From Candidatus Midichloriaceae bacterium (GTDB taxonomy: Bacteria > Pseudomonadota > Alphaproteobacteria > Rickettsiales > Midichloriaceae), in NCBI GenBank assembly GCA_045105275.1, contig JBGCDJ010000006.1, positions 1,645-65,644 on the forward strand: 64,000 nucleotides of DNA, in the 5' to 3' direction. This document shows, one piece after another, positions 60,035 to 64,000 of this stretch. Numbering within the stretch: the stretch's first letter is position 1; each line of letters begins with the position of its first letter. A program made the position numbers and the translations under genes. The notes under the pieces were generated by a model. It was not told where the DNA came from and ran no database searches. It worked only from the letters and a program-made list of their open reading frames with translations.

Positions 60035-61090
60035 ATGCTAACTAGTATATTTAAAAAATTCTCAACAAGCTTTAAAGTAGTTGCAATATTTGTTGTAATT
60101 GTAATTATATGGATGTTAAGTGGAGTATTTTCTGAGAAAGAATCTGCAGCAAAAGTTGATAAGGATAATAAACATGCCAATTATAAAATTATCAATTCAA
60201 TAGCGGTGGAAAAAGCTAAATTTTTAATTTTTACAGGAACTGTTGAGGCAAAAAATCAAATCGATTTGATAAATGAAGTAGATGGAAAGGTAATAAATAT
60301 TTTTGTGAACGAAGGTCAGCAATTAGCAAAAAATGATCCTATTATTGATTTAGAAAAAAAAGATTATCTTGATAAGCTGAACTCAGCAAAAGAAAATTTA
60401 ATTAGTAAGGAAGTTTTGTATGAATCTGCACTAAAACTTTCAAAAAAAGGGCTGGGATCTGAATCTAATATTGCTGATGCAAAAGCTCAATTTTATCAGG
60501 CGAAAGCTCAATTAAAACAAGCATGGTTGAATTTTGATAATACAACTATTAGAGCTCCTTACGACGGAATTATAAATAAAATAGACGTTAAAAAAAGTGG
60601 TTATCTTACTGTAAATTCTAAAGTTGGCAAGTTCATATCTAATCAGATGATACAAATAAAATTTGACATACCTTATAAACAATTTGATCAAATTAAAAAT
60701 AGTATTGGAGCTTATGTTTTTATCAATGGTCAAAAAATTTCTGTTCCAAAAATATCTTCGCTAAGCGAAATAGCAAATGAATTAACAAAAACCTATGCGG
60801 CCGAAATTATTACGAGAAATGTAAATGACACGTTAAAAAGTGGTCAGTTAGTAAAAGTTTTTGTTTATGTAGGTGATTTTGAAGCTCACAAAATTTCTCA
60901 ATCTACTCTTAGCATTGATACGAATGGATTTACTGGAATAAAAGTAGTCAATAATAAGAATATAGTAGAATTTATTCCAGTGGAAATAATAGATGAAGAT
61001 AAGGATGGGTTTTGGGTGATAAACTTGCCTAAGCTTACTAAGATTATTACGTTAGGGCATGTATATTTGAAATCAGGAGAAAAATTATAA
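60035..61090 (+). CDS. RND efflux periplasmic adaptor (membrane fusion protein)
   Basis: N-terminal TM, lipoyl half EVDGKV...EGQQL, helical hairpin, TIRAPYDGII. Confidence 0.9.
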   Translation: MLTSIFKKFSTSFKVVAIFVVIVIIWMLSGVFSEKESAAKVDKDNKHANYKIINSIAVEKAKFLIFTGTVEAKNQIDLINEVDGKVINIFVNEGQQLAKNDPIIDLEKKDYLDKLNSAKENLISKEVLYESALKLSKKGLGSESNIADAKAQFYQAKAQLKQAWLNFDNTTIRAPYDGIINKIDVKKSGYLTVNSKVGKFISNQMIQIKFDIPYKQFDQIKNSIGAYVFINGQKISVPKISSLSEIANELTKTYAAEIITRNVNDTLKSGQLVKVFVYVGDFEAHKISQSTLSIDTNGFTGIKVVNNKNIVEFIPVEIIDEDKDGFWVINLPKLTKIITLGHVYLKSGEKL

Positions 61091-63861
61091 ACTACAACGT
61101 AGGGAAAATATTTAATATTCCTTTTAGTGATAATTTTTTAGAACAATTCATTAAAAAAACTTTAAATATTTCAAATAATTTTAATAATCCCCAAAATAAT
61201 CTCATACTCCTTCCTCACAAAAGAATACAAAATATTTTTCTAAAAAAACTATTACTCTTTAATAATAAAATATTATTTCCTCAAGTGCTCACTTTCACTG
61301 CTATAGATGAAAATATATTAGAATTTGATAAATTTTGCAAAAATATTCATGGTGCTAGAATTGATTTACTTAAGAAGCAAATCTTAAAAAATGATCAAAC
61401 ACATATTTTAATACTATTAATTTTGGAAACAATCAAAAAGCAAAATACTCATAATGAGTTTGATTCAAAATTTTTAAATTCCATAGATGTTCATAAACTC
61501 TCTAAAAGCATTGATGAGTATTATTATTATCAATATAACCAAAAGGAAATTATTCCGAATACAAAAATTGAAAGGTTGTTTTTGGAAGTTATTAAGGAAT
61601 TAGATACTTATTTAAAAATCAAAAATACAATTCTAAAAGTAAATTCTTTAAATTACTCCACTGAAGAAACTGTTAAAAATTGGGATCATAAAGGGGATAG
61701 CTGTATTTTTATTATTTTACCGCAAACAGAAATACATTATGTGAAACACTTGATTGATAATTTAGTTAAGTATAAAAATGCTTACATTTTTATCAGAGGT
61801 TTTGATAAAAGCTCAGGTATTAAAAATTTGTATCAAAAGCATATATATGATTTTTTAAATAGAAATAAAATTCCTATTGATTCGGTTCATGATATCTCTA
61901 AATTAAAGCCCATAGATTATTTTATACCGTCTATTATACTGAATAATATTGATGAGAAATTTGATCAAAATTTGTTAACTAATGTAAATATTCTTCGTGG
62001 AAAAAATCTAAATGAAGAAGCTAAAATGATTGCTCTTGTAATTAGAGAAAAATTAAAAATGGGTAAAAATAATATCATCATACAGACAAAATCTTATGAG
62101 CTTGCAAAAAAAATTGAAAACTCTTTAAAATTTTGGAATATTAATACGGAGAATTTGGTAAGTAATGCACCTAATAAATCCACGTATTCACACTTTTTTT
62201 TACTAATATCACTATATTTAAATACAAAAAAAAATGACTATTTATTATTGCTCGACATTTTAAAATCTAATTATTGCAAAATAGATAATAAATTAATTAA
62301 TAATTTTGAATTAAAATTTTTAAGAAAACTTTTTTACAGAGATAAAATTTCTGACTACCTTATTGATTTAAATAATTCAGAAAAAAATGAATTTAATACT
62401 CTACAGGAAATAGAAGGTAAATTTTTAGAGAAAAAAATATTGTTAAAAAATTCTGCTTTAACTATCCAGGAATATTTTAAAATCCATTTAGAGCTATTTT
62501 ATTTTCTTAAAAATGATTCAGATAATACTGAATTTGATGAATTATTATCATTGATTGAACAAAAGTTAGAAGTTTTTAAAAATGAAAACAGTCTTAATTT
62601 TGATCAATATATTAAAATTATTGATAAGCTTTTAACATCTAATGAGAAATCTAATAATTTTAAAAATTCAAAATCTGTAATTATGTTACAAACTTTTGAA
62701 ACTAGAAATATTCAATATGACACAATCTTTTTTGCAGGATTAAACGAAGGTATTTTTCCAGATTCAAATTTTGATCAAAATTATTTCAGTGCAGGGTTTC
62801 GACAAATAAATAACTTAAAATCAATAGATTCTGAAATGCAGTTTATGGAATATGATTTTATCAGCTCCTTTTTTAATAATGATTTAATACTGAGTTGTTC
62901 CGAATCCACTAATACAAAAAATCAGATTTGTCGGTGGCTGGAAAAATTATTAGCAATTAAAAATCTAAATGAAAAATCAATAATTTTTACAGAAAAATAT
63001 AGAAAATTACTTCAAAATATTTATAAATTACCTATTGAAAAAAATACTGATATTGAGTATGCAAGGGTTGATATTGACCAAAGGCCTAAGAAAATTTCAG
63101 TTACTGGTGTAGAAAAATTAATATCTAATCCATATGTATATTATGCAAAATATATATTGAAAGTGAGTCCACTAGAAAAAATTGCTAGAGAGGCTGAAAA
63201 AAAGGAATTTGGAATATTACTTCATGATCTAATACCAAAAGCTTTATCAGAGAAACATAAAAATTTAGAAGAATTTAATAATTATTTTTCCACAAAATTT
63301 AATGAATATATAAAGTATAAATATGTGCCGTATAAAATATCAAAATTTTGGTATCTACGTTTAGGCAATATAGCTAACGCTATACATAAAAATTTTTATT
63401 ATGAAGGTGAATTTAATTATTTCAATGAAAAGGCAGGGAGCTTCAATTTGCTATTTAAATCTCGCAATATAGAACTTTTTTGTATAGCAGATAGAATTGA
63501 AATTTTGCAACAAGAGAATATAGCTAAAATTATTGATTTTAAATCTGGATATATTCCAAATGCAAATGAGGTTGCTAAAGGATTATATCCTCAACTACCT
63601 ATTGAAAAATATATATTTATCAACAATGGATTTGATATAAATATTAACAATATTTCTAATGCGGATTTAGAGTATTTTGATATTAGTGGAAAATTAGAAA
63701 ATGTAGAGAAACAAGTAGTAAGCACAGACCTAATTGAAACGGAAAAAGGATTAAAATTATTAATAGAAAAATTTCTATGCAATGAAACGGATTTTTTTAT
63801 TAAAAATAAAGTTAATAATAAAAGAAATAAAAGCTATTTTCATATTTTGAGAATAACTTGA
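61087..63861 (+). CDS. addB: AddB-like double-strand break repair protein (PD-(D/E)XK nuclease); N-terminus extends to ATA 61087
   Basis: Frame open upstream of GTG 61285: NYNVGKIFNIPFSDNFLE...ILLPHKR...LFPQV; C-terminal ISVTGVE...NPYVYYAKYIL, ADRIE, IIDFKSG, PQLPIE. Confidence 0.82.
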   Translation: MNYNVGKIFNIPFSDNFLEQFIKKTLNISNNFNNPQNNLILLPHKRIQNIFLKKLLLFNNKILFPQVLTFTAIDENILEFDKFCKNIHGARIDLLKKQILKNDQTHILILLILETIKKQNTHNEFDSKFLNSIDVHKLSKSIDEYYYYQYNQKEIIPNTKIERLFLEVIKELDTYLKIKNTILKVNSLNYSTEETVKNWDHKGDSCIFIILPQTEIHYVKHLIDNLVKYKNAYIFIRGFDKSSGIKNLYQKHIYDFLNRNKIPIDSVHDISKLKPIDYFIPSIILNNIDEKFDQNLLTNVNILRGKNLNEEAKMIALVIREKLKMGKNNIIIQTKSYELAKKIENSLKFWNINTENLVSNAPNKSTYSHFFLLISLYLNTKKNDYLLLLDILKSNYCKIDNKLINNFELKFLRKLFYRDKISDYLIDLNNSEKNEFNTLQEIEGKFLEKKILLKNSALTIQEYFKIHLELFYFLKNDSDNTEFDELLSLIEQKLEVFKNENSLNFDQYIKIIDKLLTSNEKSNNFKNSKSVIMLQTFETRNIQYDTIFFAGLNEGIFPDSNFDQNYFSAGFRQINNLKSIDSEMQFMEYDFISSFFNNDLILSCSESTNTKNQICRWLEKLLAIKNLNEKSIIFTEKYRKLLQNIYKLPIEKNTDIEYARVDIDQRPKKISVTGVEKLISNPYVYYAKYILKVSPLEKIAREAEKKEFGILLHDLIPKALSEKHKNLEEFNNYFSTKFNEYIKYKYVPYKISKFWYLRLGNIANAIHKNFYYEGEFNYFNEKAGSFNLLFKSRNIELFCIADRIEILQQENIAKIIDFKSGYIPNANEVAKGLYPQLPIEKYIFINNGFDININNISNADLEYFDISGKLENVEKQVVSTDLIETEKGLKLLIEKFLCNETDFFIKNKVNNKRNKSYFHILRIT

Positions 63862-64000
63862 GATTTTTAAAAAAAAGTTAGTTATTTTTGAAGTTTTTTG
63901 TTAAATAAGTATGTCGCTAAAATAAATAATATGAAATTAAAAATCACAATAGTAATAAAGGATAAATAATTAAATTTACCTATACCTAGCAAACTATGCC

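Noticed and set aside
427-63782. The many short antisense/shadow ORFs in the track (e.g. 427-651, 1163-1438, 5696-5971, 8456-8854, 23173-23529, 30219-30446, 40661-41023, 48651-49019, 55799-56055)
   Set aside because: They lie opposite well-supported genes or tRNAs and have no motifs; expected by-products of codon bias
1-64000. rRNA genes, intact transposases/integrases, prophage genes, reverse transcriptases
   Set aside because: No supporting motifs found in any listed or manually read frame

Overview
AT-rich alphaproteobacterial chromosome segment, most consistent with a host-associated Rickettsiales, probably Midichloriaceae-like (inferred from the 17-kDa antigen, orphan VirB4, flagellar fliK-flgD, ppdK, Rickettsia-type icd and short nrdA). 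Mostly housekeeping and envelope genes (ndk, fabI, ftsH, rseP-bamA-skp-ppiD, mrcA, ffh, bamE, lptD-surA, mlaA/C, nrdA, recA-ppdK-lepB-rnc-era, icd, pal, nadK, hemD, miaA, def, recN, gltA, addB) plus tRNA-Lys(TTT) and tRNA-Tyr(GTA). Accessory or unexplained parts: (1) a putative lipase toxin and immunity pair beside tRNA-Lys at the left edge; (2) a decaying LysM polymorphic-toxin-like locus with repeated toxin-tip/immunity cassettes at 16.4-19.3 kb; (3) two tandem ~155-nt elements between mrcA and ffh whose differences preserve a three-hairpin fold on the minus strand only, the best candidate here for an undescribed ncRNA system; (4) a sigma54-type promoter before fliK-flgD; (5) several genes hidden from the ORF track by nonsense, frameshift or start-codon lesions (LysM gene, dprA, a putative effector, addB start). 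All calls are by eye from motifs; no searches were run.
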